The notes under the pieces: generated by a model | The model's input: only the letters and a program-made list of their open reading frames with translations | Told to the model about the DNA's origin: nothing | Database searches by the model: none | Shown here: positions 22,040 to 31,651 of the stretch, in pieces | How the letters are laid out: each line of letters opens with the position of its first letter | Position numbering within the stretch: position 1 is the first letter of the stretch | Position numbers and translations under genes: made by a program | NCBI GenBank assembly: GCA_963847185.1 | Contig: CAWJYV010000010.1 | Location: 128,001 to 192,000 of the forward strand | Origin: an uncultured Methanosarcinaceae archaeon | Lineage (GTDB): Archaea > Halobacteriota > Methanosarcinia > Methanosarcinales > Methanosarcinaceae | DNA: 64,000 nt | Direction of reading: 5' to 3'

Positions 22040-23740
22040 TTAATATTTTCTACATTTTCCTTTTATGAAAATTACAGAAACCCCGGGGAAGGTAAGTTTT
22101 TTCCGAATGATTTCCGAAAGCTCGGGATTGAAGATCTCTTTTTCTTCGTTAAATCTTATTTCCTTTTCACTTCCAGCCCTGTCCTGTATATTTTCTTCAC
22201 TGGCACCAACATCGAAAACTAAGACGTCAGAGGTTATTGCTTCTACCACTTTCCTGAGATCAGGAACCTCCTGCCCTCCTGTCATAGCTGCAACCTCATT
22301 CTGGAGTATTAATACAAGCACATCGAACCCTGCAGTCGAAGCGCTGATGAGCCCCAGGATTCCCGAATGCGCCAGGGCAAAGTCCCCGATCACAGCTATA
22401 CCCTTTTTCTCAAAACCACAGGCAACAGAGATTGCAGAGCCAAGGGCAAAGCTTACATCAACTGCTGCTAGGGGCTCAGGAGCACTTCGGACTGAACAGC
22501 CCATATCGCCTGCAATTCTCACGTCAAGTGTGCTGAGGAAGTGATAAAGTGAAAGATAAGGACAATCGTCGCAGATGGTAGTTCGTTCGGCTTTGAGGAC
22601 AGCAGTGCCCGCAGGTTTCAAAATCTCCTCTTCCTCAATGTGCTCAAGGGCAAACTCGAGATCCTCAGGCCTGATCTGCCCGTAGGGGAGGTGACCTGTT
22701 TTTTTCCCATAGACATTCCCTGCGATTCTGATCTGTTCTTCTATAAAAGGTTCGGATTCCTCAACCACGAGAATTTTTTGATTAAATTCCAGAAAAGCCT
22801 TTATTTTTTCAAGGGGAAGCGGGTTTACAAGAGAAAGGGAAAGATGAGAGACTACAGAATAGAGCTCCTGACTTTTTCTGGCTTCTTGATTACTAAGACT
22901 CTCCTGATTTTTAAGATTCCATTGGCTTTCAAAATTTCCTTCGCTTTCAATGTCCTGCTTTCTCAACATATTTTCTACGATTGAGGACATAAAGCCCGAG
23001 GAAATGATTCCTACCCGTCCGTGGTTTGAACCGGATTCTTTCTCTTTATTGGTATGTTTTCTTCCATTTCCCGGTCTATTCAGGTCAGTATTTTCAGCTT
23101 CTGCCTCAAGTAAAGGATAGGCTCTGGAATGGAAAAGCTGGTGCTTTTCAAACATCCGATTTTTCCAGATTGATCGGTCAAATTCAGGATGAGGAGCAGA
23201 GGCTTCCGGAAGGCGCTTTATTTTTCCTTTACTTTTTTCCAGATCTGCTGTGACCCTGAGGAGAACTGGAGTCCTCGTCTCTTCCGAAAGCTCGTAAGCC
23301 CTTCTTAAAGCCCTGTATGCAGTATCCTGATCAGTCGGATCAAACACAGCTATTTCTGCAATCTTTCCATACCAGCGAGAGTCCTGTTCATTCTGAGAAC
23401 CTTTTGCGCCAGGATCGTCGCCTGCAATTATAACAAGACCAGCTCCTATTGTATGTGTAACCGAGGTTATAAGGGGGTCCGAAAGCAGGTTCATTCCAAC
23501 GTGCTTTACAAGAACAAGGGCTCTTTTTCCTGAAATCGATGCTCCGAGAGCTATTTCCAGGGCAACTTTTTCATTTGTGAACCATTTGGCTCTGTAGGCA
23601 TGATAGTTTTTTTCCAAAAATAGTTCCATCAGGGAGGTAATAGGATACCCGGGAACGCCTGTAACCAAACTGACGTCACTGTCAAGTGCTGCAAGGTAGA
23701 GGGCCTGGAATCCGGTATATTCCTCTGTTTCTTCTTTCAA
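22040..23740 (-). CDS. Indolepyruvate:ferredoxin oxidoreductase alpha-like TPP enzyme
   Basis: GVPGYP, NEKVALE, KHVG, SQNEQDSR, GDMGC, TPP motif IGDFALAHSG...NEVAAMTGGQ. Confidence 0.85.
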   Translation of the reverse strand: MKEETEEYTGFQALYLAALDSDVSLVTGVPGYPITSLMELFLEKNYHAYRAKWFTNEKVALEIALGASISGKRALVLVKHVGMNLLSDPLITSVTHTIGAGLVIIAGDDPGAKGSQNEQDSRWYGKIAEIAVFDPTDQDTAYRALRRAYELSEETRTPVLLRVTADLEKSKGKIKRLPEASAPHPEFDRSIWKNRMFEKHQLFHSRAYPLLEAEAENTDLNRPGNGRKHTNKEKESGSNHGRVGIISSGFMSSIVENMLRKQDIESEGNFESQWNLKNQESLSNQEARKSQELYSVVSHLSLSLVNPLPLEKIKAFLEFNQKILVVEESEPFIEEQIRIAGNVYGKKTGHLPYGQIRPEDLEFALEHIEEEEILKPAGTAVLKAERTTICDDCPYLSLYHFLSTLDVRIAGDMGCSVRSAPEPLAAVDVSFALGSAISVACGFEKKGIAVIGDFALAHSGILGLISASTAGFDVLVLILQNEVAAMTGGQEVPDLRKVVEAITSDVLVFDVGASEENIQDRAGSEKEIRFNEEKEIFNPELSEIIRKKLTFPGVSVIFIKGKCRKY

Positions 23741-23794
23741 GCTTATCCCCGATTTTTAACTTGTATAAAGCCTTTATTAAGAACTAAGTCTTTT

Positions 23795-24781
23795 TTAAGA
23801 GCTGCTTTCAGTTTTTTCCATGCTAAATGGTTTTATTTCAGTACCTGGAACGATAGATTCTTCAGGCCTTCCGAACCAGGGAAGGGAAGCAAGTGCACCA
23901 ATTACCCCGTTGCCGTCCAGCAGAACTTCCACGCCGTTTTCTTCTGCACATTTCAGAGCATCGGCTTTCGAGACCCTTTCAGTCCTGCAGCGGTTACTGT
24001 ATCCATACATCCCTTTTGCGTAAAAATCAGACAGAACAACCATTCCTGTCTGGCCTGAAGCACTATATTTTTGAAGTGCCCTTTTGAACGCTTTTGTGAG
24101 CCTGGATTTAGCATTCTGATCCACACAGCCAAACTCAAGCACTGTAGACATGCAATTCTGGGTTTTTTCCGGGACCGGGAAGAGCTGGACAAGAGAATGA
24201 GAAAGATAAACGGCTTCAGGACAGTCAATTTCCTTTGCGATATTATGTGTCAGGGTCCATGTAGCTCCCGTATCTTTAGAATCCGTATCATCTATACCTA
24301 TCAGGACACGGTCTCTTCGAGGAACTACAATTGTTCCTCTGGCGCATTTTTCTCCTCCTGATTCGGAAATATTATAGCTAAGAACTCCATCAGCAAAAGC
24401 TCTACAACGAGTTGCGCCCACGCCTCCGCCCCCTAAACCAGCATATGTAATTTCAACTTCATCTCCTTGAACGATAACAGATTCAATACCTGCAGCTGCC
24501 ACCGAGGCCTTTAATTCAAGTTTTGAGGTTCCGGTTTTCATGAAATAACGGATCATATTTCCGTTTGAATGGGCCTTCAGCACAAGGGGAGCTTTCGAAT
24601 AATGGTAGAGGGACCAGGCAGCTCCGCTGTAGCAGTTGGAATGCTCAATAACCTCAGCATACTCATTTTTCGCGTCACAGACTGCATAAATACCCCTGTA
24701 AGGTACGGTATAAGGGTCATCCAGAGTTATTTCTTCAATATCTCTGTTGTCCAGAGCACAGGCGTTTATATGTTTTGTAAT
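23795..24781 (-). CDS. Methanogenesis marker protein 11 (TiaS-like IGIDDTD domain); probable ATT start
   Basis: YAGLGGGGVGA and IGIDDTD motifs; frame stays open 66 codons above GTG 24583 (DDPYTVPYRGIYAVCD...) up to a GGAGGT RBS and an in-frame TAA. Confidence 0.85.
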   Translation of the reverse strand: MTKHINACALDNRDIEEITLDDPYTVPYRGIYAVCDAKNEYAEVIEHSNCYSGAAWSLYHYSKAPLVLKAHSNGNMIRYFMKTGTSKLELKASVAAAGIESVIVQGDEVEITYAGLGGGGVGATRCRAFADGVLSYNISESGGEKCARGTIVVPRRDRVLIGIDDTDSKDTGATWTLTHNIAKEIDCPEAVYLSHSLVQLFPVPEKTQNCMSTVLEFGCVDQNAKSRLTKAFKRALQKYSASGQTGMVVLSDFYAKGMYGYSNRCRTERVSKADALKCAEENGVEVLLDGNGVIGALASLPWFGRPEESIVPGTEIKPFSMEKTESSS

Positions 24782-24936
24782 TAGAAGACCTCCTTCTTAA
24801 GAGGAATAGGAAGTGAGAAGGATATTCATTTGATTGAAAAGCCCATCTCTTATACATTATATACAGATATGTTATAGTAAATTAAGATCTCAAGTCGTTT
24901 TACTCAATTTACATATTGAGTTAATTTTAAAAGTTC

Positions 24937-24988
24937 AAGAGTTAGAATCTGACGCTACGATTTAAGAGTTAGAATCTGACGCTACGAT
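24937..24988. repeat. 25-bp direct tandem duplication
   Basis: AAGAGTTAGAATCTGACGCTACGAT at 24937 and 24964. Confidence 0.9.
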
Positions 24989-26505
24989 ATTAGATTGGCT
25001 TATAAATATAAATCCTTCGCAAAATAAGAGATATGCATATCTAGTATCCATGCAGAAGTACACAGAGTGGGTTGGAAAAATGGGTCGTGGGTATAAGTTA
25101 TCGATCAAGTCCGAAAAAGTGAGTACATTTCCTTTATATTGGGAAAATGTAGAGAGATTTTTATGCTTACAATTTTCAATGACTAATTCCCACCACCAAG
25201 AAGTAAGCTTATAGTGAAAACAGATGCCCTGCTAGCAAACGAAATTTAATACAAAATTTCACTTGACTATACTATTCCTGACTGAATAAAAGAGATTAGA
25301 ATTATCCGGAATGGGTAAACCGGATATTTGAAAAACATTCAAGCTCCCTCATGCGTTTGAAGTTGTTCTATACTAGCAGCTTAAACCCTGAGACTGGAGT
25401 TACTCCCGAGCTTCGGGAGGAAACATATTAAATCAATTTTCTTCTTGATATCCAGCTTGCCTCATAATGATAATGCCAGAATTTGTCCAAAACGTTTTTA
25501 TATTTAGTCACTGAGGTACTTCACCGAAAATTTGGGGGAAGGCTCAAAGATATTGAATAAGTGAGTTTCTTTCAAGTTTTAAGAAAAACGCTAATTCAAT
25601 GTGCTCAGCTGTCATTGGGATAGCTAAATTGCTTACAATGCTTTGAGTTAGTAGAGCTCAAGTAGGTTTTGTGAGCAGCACATAAAAACAGATTACCAGC
25701 TTCGAGAAAAGGACTCACCCAAAGTCTGTCGAATGCTATATTACAGTTACAAAGGTGGATAAACCCTGAATCCGCCTTTTATAATTCAACGCAGAATCTT
25801 ACCCAAGATTCACCCTAATCCCTGAGATTCCAGGGTTAAACCTAAAGTCCAACCTGCGATCCACAGGGGTCCTCCCAGATTCAACCCAGGGTCCCACTTC
25901 GATTACTATACTCGACAAACCCAGTTCAGATTCGAAGTCAGGACTCAATCCAGGATTCACCCAAAATCCTACCTCGAATTATTCTAGATTTGACCCAATA
26001 TCTAGGTTCGAATTCAGGATTTATTCAGGATCCAACACCGAATCCCAATCTGGAAATTGACCCTGGATCCAATCGAAGATCTACCTCCGATCCAATCCAA
26101 AAGGCCGTTAAATTATGCAGATTGTTAGAGAGAAACCCCCGATAGACCTTGTCTTCAAAGTTAGCTCATGGGCACTCAGACAAGAAGTTGAGCAAAAAGA
26201 CAGAAACACTGATTCATTTGAAATTTACAGCTGTTTAAAGGAATTCGAAACAGCAAACTTTGAAACCCGAAACCCTAAAATGAGATTTTTAGTTCCACTC
26301 AGTCCCAGTACCCTATCTGGGGATATATGTAAGGTTGAAGAGTCAGGTTTAGATTTTCTGCATGTTGCAGAGAACAACTCTTTAGATTCTAATCTTAAAT
26401 TGACCGAAGATAGCTTGCAAATTTTTACTGGCTTGGAGACAAAATCCTGCTCCTGCTGGTTAGCCCTGGAAAACAGGAATTAAGGGCGTAAAAACGGGTG
26501 TTAAC

Positions 26506-28050
26506 ATGCCAGTTAACCAATCGGTCAATAGGATAGTTTCAGGTTCCACTGTAATACTTGCAGGAACCTTTATCGGAATGCTTTTAGACATCCTTATTAA
26601 AAAAGTACTTACATCCCATCTCTCCCCATCAGACTTTGGTGTATATTCCCTTGCACTTACAGTTATTTCAATTACAGGTGCAGTTGCAACTCTTGGACTC
26701 AATGAAGGAGTGCCAAGATATATTGCGTTTTTCAGGGGCAGAAATGAGGATCAAAAAATACATGAGCTTATAATATCAGCCATAATTATGGGCTTGCTTA
26801 CAGGCTTGCTTGCTATCCTTGTCTCACCATCATTGTTTCACAGTCTAGCAGGAGAGGGATTTGATACACAGGGGAAAATTTTTTCCGTAGTCAAAATCCT
26901 AGTGTTTGCAGTTCCTTTCACCATACTCCTGAATCTGACAGTAGCCATCTACAGGGGATTCGACCATACAAATGTAAATATGTACTTCTACAATATTATA
27001 AGGCCAGTCTCTCTGCTCGGATTTGCTTCAGCTGCCGTATTCGTCGGAGTTTCATTAAAAGGAGTCGTACTTGCAGATTTACTTTCAATGGTCTTTACCT
27101 TTGGTATAATGGCTCTATACTTTATAAAGAGACCACCAATTAAAACGGAATGGAAGCTTAAATTCAGCGAGCCCACAAAGCAGCTAATAAGATATTCATT
27201 CCCGCTCTTGATAACTGCAACTCTGCTGAATCTCATGAGCTGGATAGATACCATAATGCTTGGCTACTTCAAATCAGCTGAAGTAGTTGGAGTTTACAAT
27301 GCAGTATACCCTATTGTTGGGTTTCTGTCCCTGGTAATAGCTTCCATGGGTTTTGTGTACGTTCCTGTGGCTTCAAAGCTCTGGGGTCTTAATAACACTG
27401 AACCAATTGGCTCTATTTACGCAGTAATGACCAAGTGGTGCTTCCTGCTTACATTCCCAATCTTTGCACTGGTGTTCGTGTATCCTGAGTTTCTTATCAC
27501 GAAACTCTACGGAGCTCAATATGTAGGTGGTGCTACTGCCCTGCGCATCCTTGCTATGGGATTCATAGCAAATTCATACTTCGGATTTAACTACCATACT
27601 TTATTAGCGTCTGGAGATTCGGATTTCCTGATGAGATGTTCGGTAGCAAGTGCAGGACTTAACGTCATTATTAACTTCATGCTGATACCTGAGTATGGCA
27701 TGGTAGGTGCAGCTATAGGGACTGCCGTATCATATGCATCTATCGAAGTCTTAATGACTTTAAGAGCCTGGAGAAAGCAGAAAATGCATCCCTTTACTTC
27801 AATGTACAGGAAATTAACTGCTGTTTGTATTTTCATGGTTGTATCCATGCTTGCAGCGAAAAACGTGCTTATGCTTACAGGGGCAATCTGGGAGTACGTA
27901 ACTTTCATAGTTGTGTATTTCCTAATTGTTCAGCGTACCAATATACTGGACAAAGTTGAAATGGATATGATAGGAGATCTCCGAAAGCTCATTAGGCAAA
28001 ATGTAAGTACTTCCATCCCAAAGACACTTAAACACTTGAATCATGACTAA
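26506..28050 (+). CDS. Flippase (Wzx/MATE-like polysaccharide exporter)
   Basis: Multi-TM protein; FGVYSLA, LGLNEGVPRYI, WIDTIMLG, VGVYNA, LIPEYGMVGAAI. Confidence 0.9.
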   Translation: MPVNQSVNRIVSGSTVILAGTFIGMLLDILIKKVLTSHLSPSDFGVYSLALTVISITGAVATLGLNEGVPRYIAFFRGRNEDQKIHELIISAIIMGLLTGLLAILVSPSLFHSLAGEGFDTQGKIFSVVKILVFAVPFTILLNLTVAIYRGFDHTNVNMYFYNIIRPVSLLGFASAAVFVGVSLKGVVLADLLSMVFTFGIMALYFIKRPPIKTEWKLKFSEPTKQLIRYSFPLLITATLLNLMSWIDTIMLGYFKSAEVVGVYNAVYPIVGFLSLVIASMGFVYVPVASKLWGLNNTEPIGSIYAVMTKWCFLLTFPIFALVFVYPEFLITKLYGAQYVGGATALRILAMGFIANSYFGFNYHTLLASGDSDFLMRCSVASAGLNVIINFMLIPEYGMVGAAIGTAVSYASIEVLMTLRAWRKQKMHPFTSMYRKLTAVCIFMVVSMLAAKNVLMLTGAIWEYVTFIVVYFLIVQRTNILDKVEMDMIGDLRKLIRQNVSTSIPKTLKHLNHD

Positions 28051-28066
28051 CTGCCGTAATTAACAA

Positions 28067-28110
28067 CGGCATATCTCTTTTAGAGATGCCGACATTTGAT
28101 TTTTTTACTT
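28067..28110 (+). terminator. Hairpin plus T-tract after the flippase
   Basis: CGGCATATCTCT-TT-TAGAGATGCCG stem followed by a T-rich run. Confidence 0.45.
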
Positions 28111-28132
28111 ATTCTAACTGAAGAGACTTAAG

Positions 28133-28256
28133 GCCTATCCTAAAAGTGGTTACTTGCTGTAACTTTCACAATTTTCAATATGTAAAACCAAAGGACTACT
28201 CTGAGATTATGTGCTGATTGTGACTTTTCAACATGCCACTGACTTTTCGGATAGGC
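28133..28256. mobile_element. MITE-like element
   Basis: 15-bp IR GCCTATCCTAAAAGT / ACTTTTCGGATAGGC (1 mismatch). Confidence 0.7.
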
Positions 28257-28626
28257 TTTTATATGTAAATGCAATTTTGAGAACAGAACTTGCTTCCTAA
28301 ATTTCGGATAGATTCATTGAGTTTAATATTCCTCTCTTATATAAAAAACTCAAAACTTATTTTCTTATACTAAAATGACTTGATGCAAATAGTATCAACC
28401 TCATAGTTTTCTTCTTTTTTACCTACTCATAATCGTCGAAGTTTATACTATATTTAGTTCTGTTTTGCCCCAGCTTTACAATTTTTATCCTGTGGAGTTA
28501 AATGCCAGCAGTTTACTGAATTTTTATTTTCATTTATACTCCATTCTTTGCGGAAAAAACAATTTTTGAAAAAATTTAATAAGAGATGATTAATAAAAGT
28601 TCAATACATTATAAGCTAGGGGAAAC

Positions 28627-29457
28627 ATGAGCCGGGAGTACATAGCAAATTTGGTTATCAAAACAGTAAAGGAATGGCTGGAAGACGATGCAATGACTTA
28701 TAGCGCCGCGCTGGCATTTTATTTTGTATTAAGTATTCCTGCTCTATTGTTATTCTCGGTATCTATAGGAAGCATTTTTTTGAAATCGGAAAATATCCAG
28801 AGCACAATACTCGATAACCTGCATGGAGTTGTTGATGAGAGAGTAATAAATATGGTGGTCTTGCTTTTCGAAAGTATTCCGGAAATTAACTCTCTTTCGA
28901 TAAGTGCATTAATAGGTCTTATACTTCTTCTCTGGAGTGCAAGCAACATCTTCAGGCAACTGAGAAATTTTCTTGAGAGAGCCTGGGATATTAAGCCTGC
29001 TGAATCCAGAGGTGTCAGAGATTTCATAAAAAACACGATCATATCTTTCATTTTTGTCATCACTTTTGGCGGGCTACTGATAATAAGTATAATTGTCGAG
29101 GGAGTTATATACATGAGCTCAAGCCTTTTTCATGAAATTTTGCCATTCTCACCTTTAATAGCTAATTATGCAGGTTCCATAGCCAGTTTCCTGATTCTTG
29201 TTTTCTTTTTCATGCTTGTATACAGAGTTCTTCCTAATACAAAACTTGATTTCAAAGCTGTTTTTGTAGGATCGCTTGTAACAGTAATACTTATAACAAT
29301 AGGAAAATATGCCGTTGGACTTTTTTTCACATACAGTAACCCTACAAGCGTTTATGGTGCAGTAGGATCGATAATAGGATTATTTCTTTTAATTTTTTAT
29401 TCTTCAATCATGATGACAATTGGTGCAGAGTTCACAAAAGTTTATTCAGAATCTTAG
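28627..29457 (+). CDS. YihY/BrkB family membrane protein
   Basis: SAALAFYFVLSIP, LLWSAS, YRVLP, YGAVGSII, IGAE. Confidence 0.9.
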   Translation: MSREYIANLVIKTVKEWLEDDAMTYSAALAFYFVLSIPALLLFSVSIGSIFLKSENIQSTILDNLHGVVDERVINMVVLLFESIPEINSLSISALIGLILLLWSASNIFRQLRNFLERAWDIKPAESRGVRDFIKNTIISFIFVITFGGLLIISIIVEGVIYMSSSLFHEILPFSPLIANYAGSIASFLILVFFFMLVYRVLPNTKLDFKAVFVGSLVTVILITIGKYAVGLFFTYSNPTSVYGAVGSIIGLFLLIFYSSIMMTIGAEFTKVYSES

Positions 29458-29582
29458 AGGCCGTCTTAAGATTCAAACCATTTCTACACCTGGATTGGAC
29501 ATTGTTGCTTTTAAATTCAGACTGCAAATTCATTATACAGGACTTGCTTTCTCGATGTATAAAATCAAATACATTAAATAAT

Positions 29583-29717
29583 GGCAGTGTGTAGATTTTT
29601 CTGTAAAATCACAATTTCAAAAAGTTGCTGAGTAGAAAATTACATATCGGAAGATCAATTGTTCTCATCTTACACAAAAAATTGACTTCAAATTTACAGC
29701 AAATTCACTACACTGCC
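29583..29717. mobile_element. MITE-like element
   Basis: Imperfect IR GGCAGTGTGTAGATTTTTCTGTAAA vs rc GGCAGTGTAGTGAATTTGCTGTAAA. Confidence 0.65.
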
Positions 29718-29847
29718 GAATAACTATTGTAAGAACTTTTATATCTTTTGAAAATAATATATAATGTGTACGCGAAAATTATATGTTAATAATGAGTTTC
29801 TGAAAGGCTTTCTGTCTGATTGTCTTTTATATAGAGGGGGAAAATAT

Positions 29848-30318
29848 ACGGATTTCAAAAAATTGTTTAAGAATAAAAGTGGAGTATCACCTGTTCTTGG
29901 TGTCATTATGATGCTTGCAATAACTGCAATCCTCGTTGCAATAGGTGTATCAAGCGTTGCCAACATGGAGCCTACCTCTTCTTTATCGGGGGTAAGTATT
30001 GGAATTGCAGCAAATTCTACTGCTACTGACACTGCCCCCGCATCTGTAAAACTCGAACACCTTGATGGGGCTCCGATTGAATTTGGAGACTCAACATTAA
30101 CGAAAGTTACAGCGTCTCTTAATGGAGGCGAGACTGTTATAATTAACGCTACCTGTATTAACACTTTGAGTATAGGTGATGTCAGGATACTTCCTTTAAC
30201 ATCGGATGGCACTACAAACGCTTTTGGAAAAGGCCCGGTGTCTGGTGATACTGCCACTATTAAAATTATCGATCTGAAGGCAAATCAAATCATAAGCGAC
30301 AGCGATGTTATGTTCTGA
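29848..30318 (+). CDS. Archaeal type IV pilin-like protein; start uncertain (ACG 29848 or TTG 29863)
   Basis: Class III signal KNKSG/VSPVLGVIMMLAITAIL; VKLEHLDGAP. Confidence 0.85.
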   Translation, partial: TDFKKLFKNKSGVSPVLGVIMMLAITAILVAIGVSSVANMEPTSSLSGVSIGIAANSTATDTAPASVKLEHLDGAPIEFGDSTLTKVTASLNGGETVIINATCINTLSIGDVRILPLTSDGTTNAFGKGPVSGDTATIKIIDLKANQIISDSDVMF

Positions 30319-30850
30319 ACATAATTTATCCGTAAACAGGTGCCGAAAAAGGTGCCATGACATTTCAGACGGAACTCGAATCAAGCCAGTAAACTGTATA
30401 TAATCTGCATCTCTCTTACATGCACAAAAGCCACATGGCAAAGCCGAAGATGAGGGTATATGTGTACCTGCTCAGTTTGTCTTGAAGAAGGAGAAGAAGA
30501 GGTATGCAATGTTTTTGACACAGTAGACAGAGGGATTGTGTTTGTGGACGATTTGAACTGGAAAGGTGTAGAAAATTGGAATTCTCTTTTATATTCAATA
30601 TTGGGGGAGAGTATATCCCAAGAAACATGCTTCATGGAAGCGTGATGTATAATCCTGTGGAAATAGTTAAAAATTATGGGATATACTGGAATTAAGTTTT
30701 CTTTCGTCAGTGACCTATTTGATTGGATAATAGGCTCACTGATTCAGAAGAGCAGGGTAGCAATCACTAAAAAACGGGCTCTAAGGCAGTAACCCATGTA
30801 AGAGTAACAAGGAATGTTACTAATGATTGAACTGTATAATCCGCAAACTC

Positions 30851-31213
30851 TTAAACAGTTTCAACGCCTATCCTCTGCACCTGTGTTGCTGTCTGCAATG
30901 CTGCGTGACGAGCCTGGATGATTGTTTTTGCAGTGCAGATTGACTTAACTGCATCAATGCAAATGTTCAGGTTGCTACCTAATTCATTTACAGCGTCCTG
31001 TTGTTCAGGATCGTGAATTCCATCATCAATTTCAATCACGATTTTTTCCATCTCTGTCACAAGTGTATTGATTATCGAATCGCAGGCTTCTAATGTGTGA
31101 TATTGCTGGTCTCTGCACGACAATATATCCTCAGAAAACTGCAGTTTTTTCATGTTTTTGCCAGCGACAGCAACTATAAAGTGGACTTCCTCAAGACTGC
31201 ACATCATTACCAC
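30851..31213 (-). CDS. Hypothetical helical protein
   Basis: 120-aa ORF with GAGG upstream and a TATA-like AAGTATGTTTATATT at 31339-31325. Confidence 0.5.
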   Translation of the reverse strand: MVMMCSLEEVHFIVAVAGKNMKKLQFSEDILSCRDQQYHTLEACDSIINTLVTEMEKIVIEIDDGIHDPEQQDAVNELGSNLNICIDAVKSICTAKTIIQARHAALQTATQVQRIGVETV

Positions 31214-31651
31214 TCCTCAATTTTTATATTTAAAGTGCTATCTGAAAATTTTGTTTACAAATGCACTTCTTCATATGACCGATTTATAAGAATTATCAAC
31301 TAAGCCTAAATATAGTCGTTCATGAATATAAACATACTTATATAATATTTTTGAACTATGATGATGAAAAATAGAAACACCGATGGGTAAGGGGATAAGC
31401 AAACATTAGCCCACTAGCCAAACTGATGCAGGTGTGATGCTATTGTCCAGTTGTGGTATCTCACTATACATACTGATCAGTTCACTGGATTATATGTCTA
31501 TATTCTTTTCTTAACGGGCTCATTTCTTTGATTTCCCCCTGCATTAACCCTCATAATTTTTTTCTCTCAAAATTTTAAGTGGAAATTGTTAAAACAGTCT
31601 TGAGTGTTTTATTAGTTTCCAGTAAATGTTCATTACTCATCTGAAGAATAA

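Noticed and set aside
29455-29469. Pyrrolysine readthrough of the yihY TAG stop
   Set aside because: A TAA follows within four codons and the protein is already complete.
31325-31339. Third copy of the peptide-gene promoter
   Set aside because: Only the BRE/TATA half matches; the upstream ATTAATTAAA box and the signal peptide are absent.
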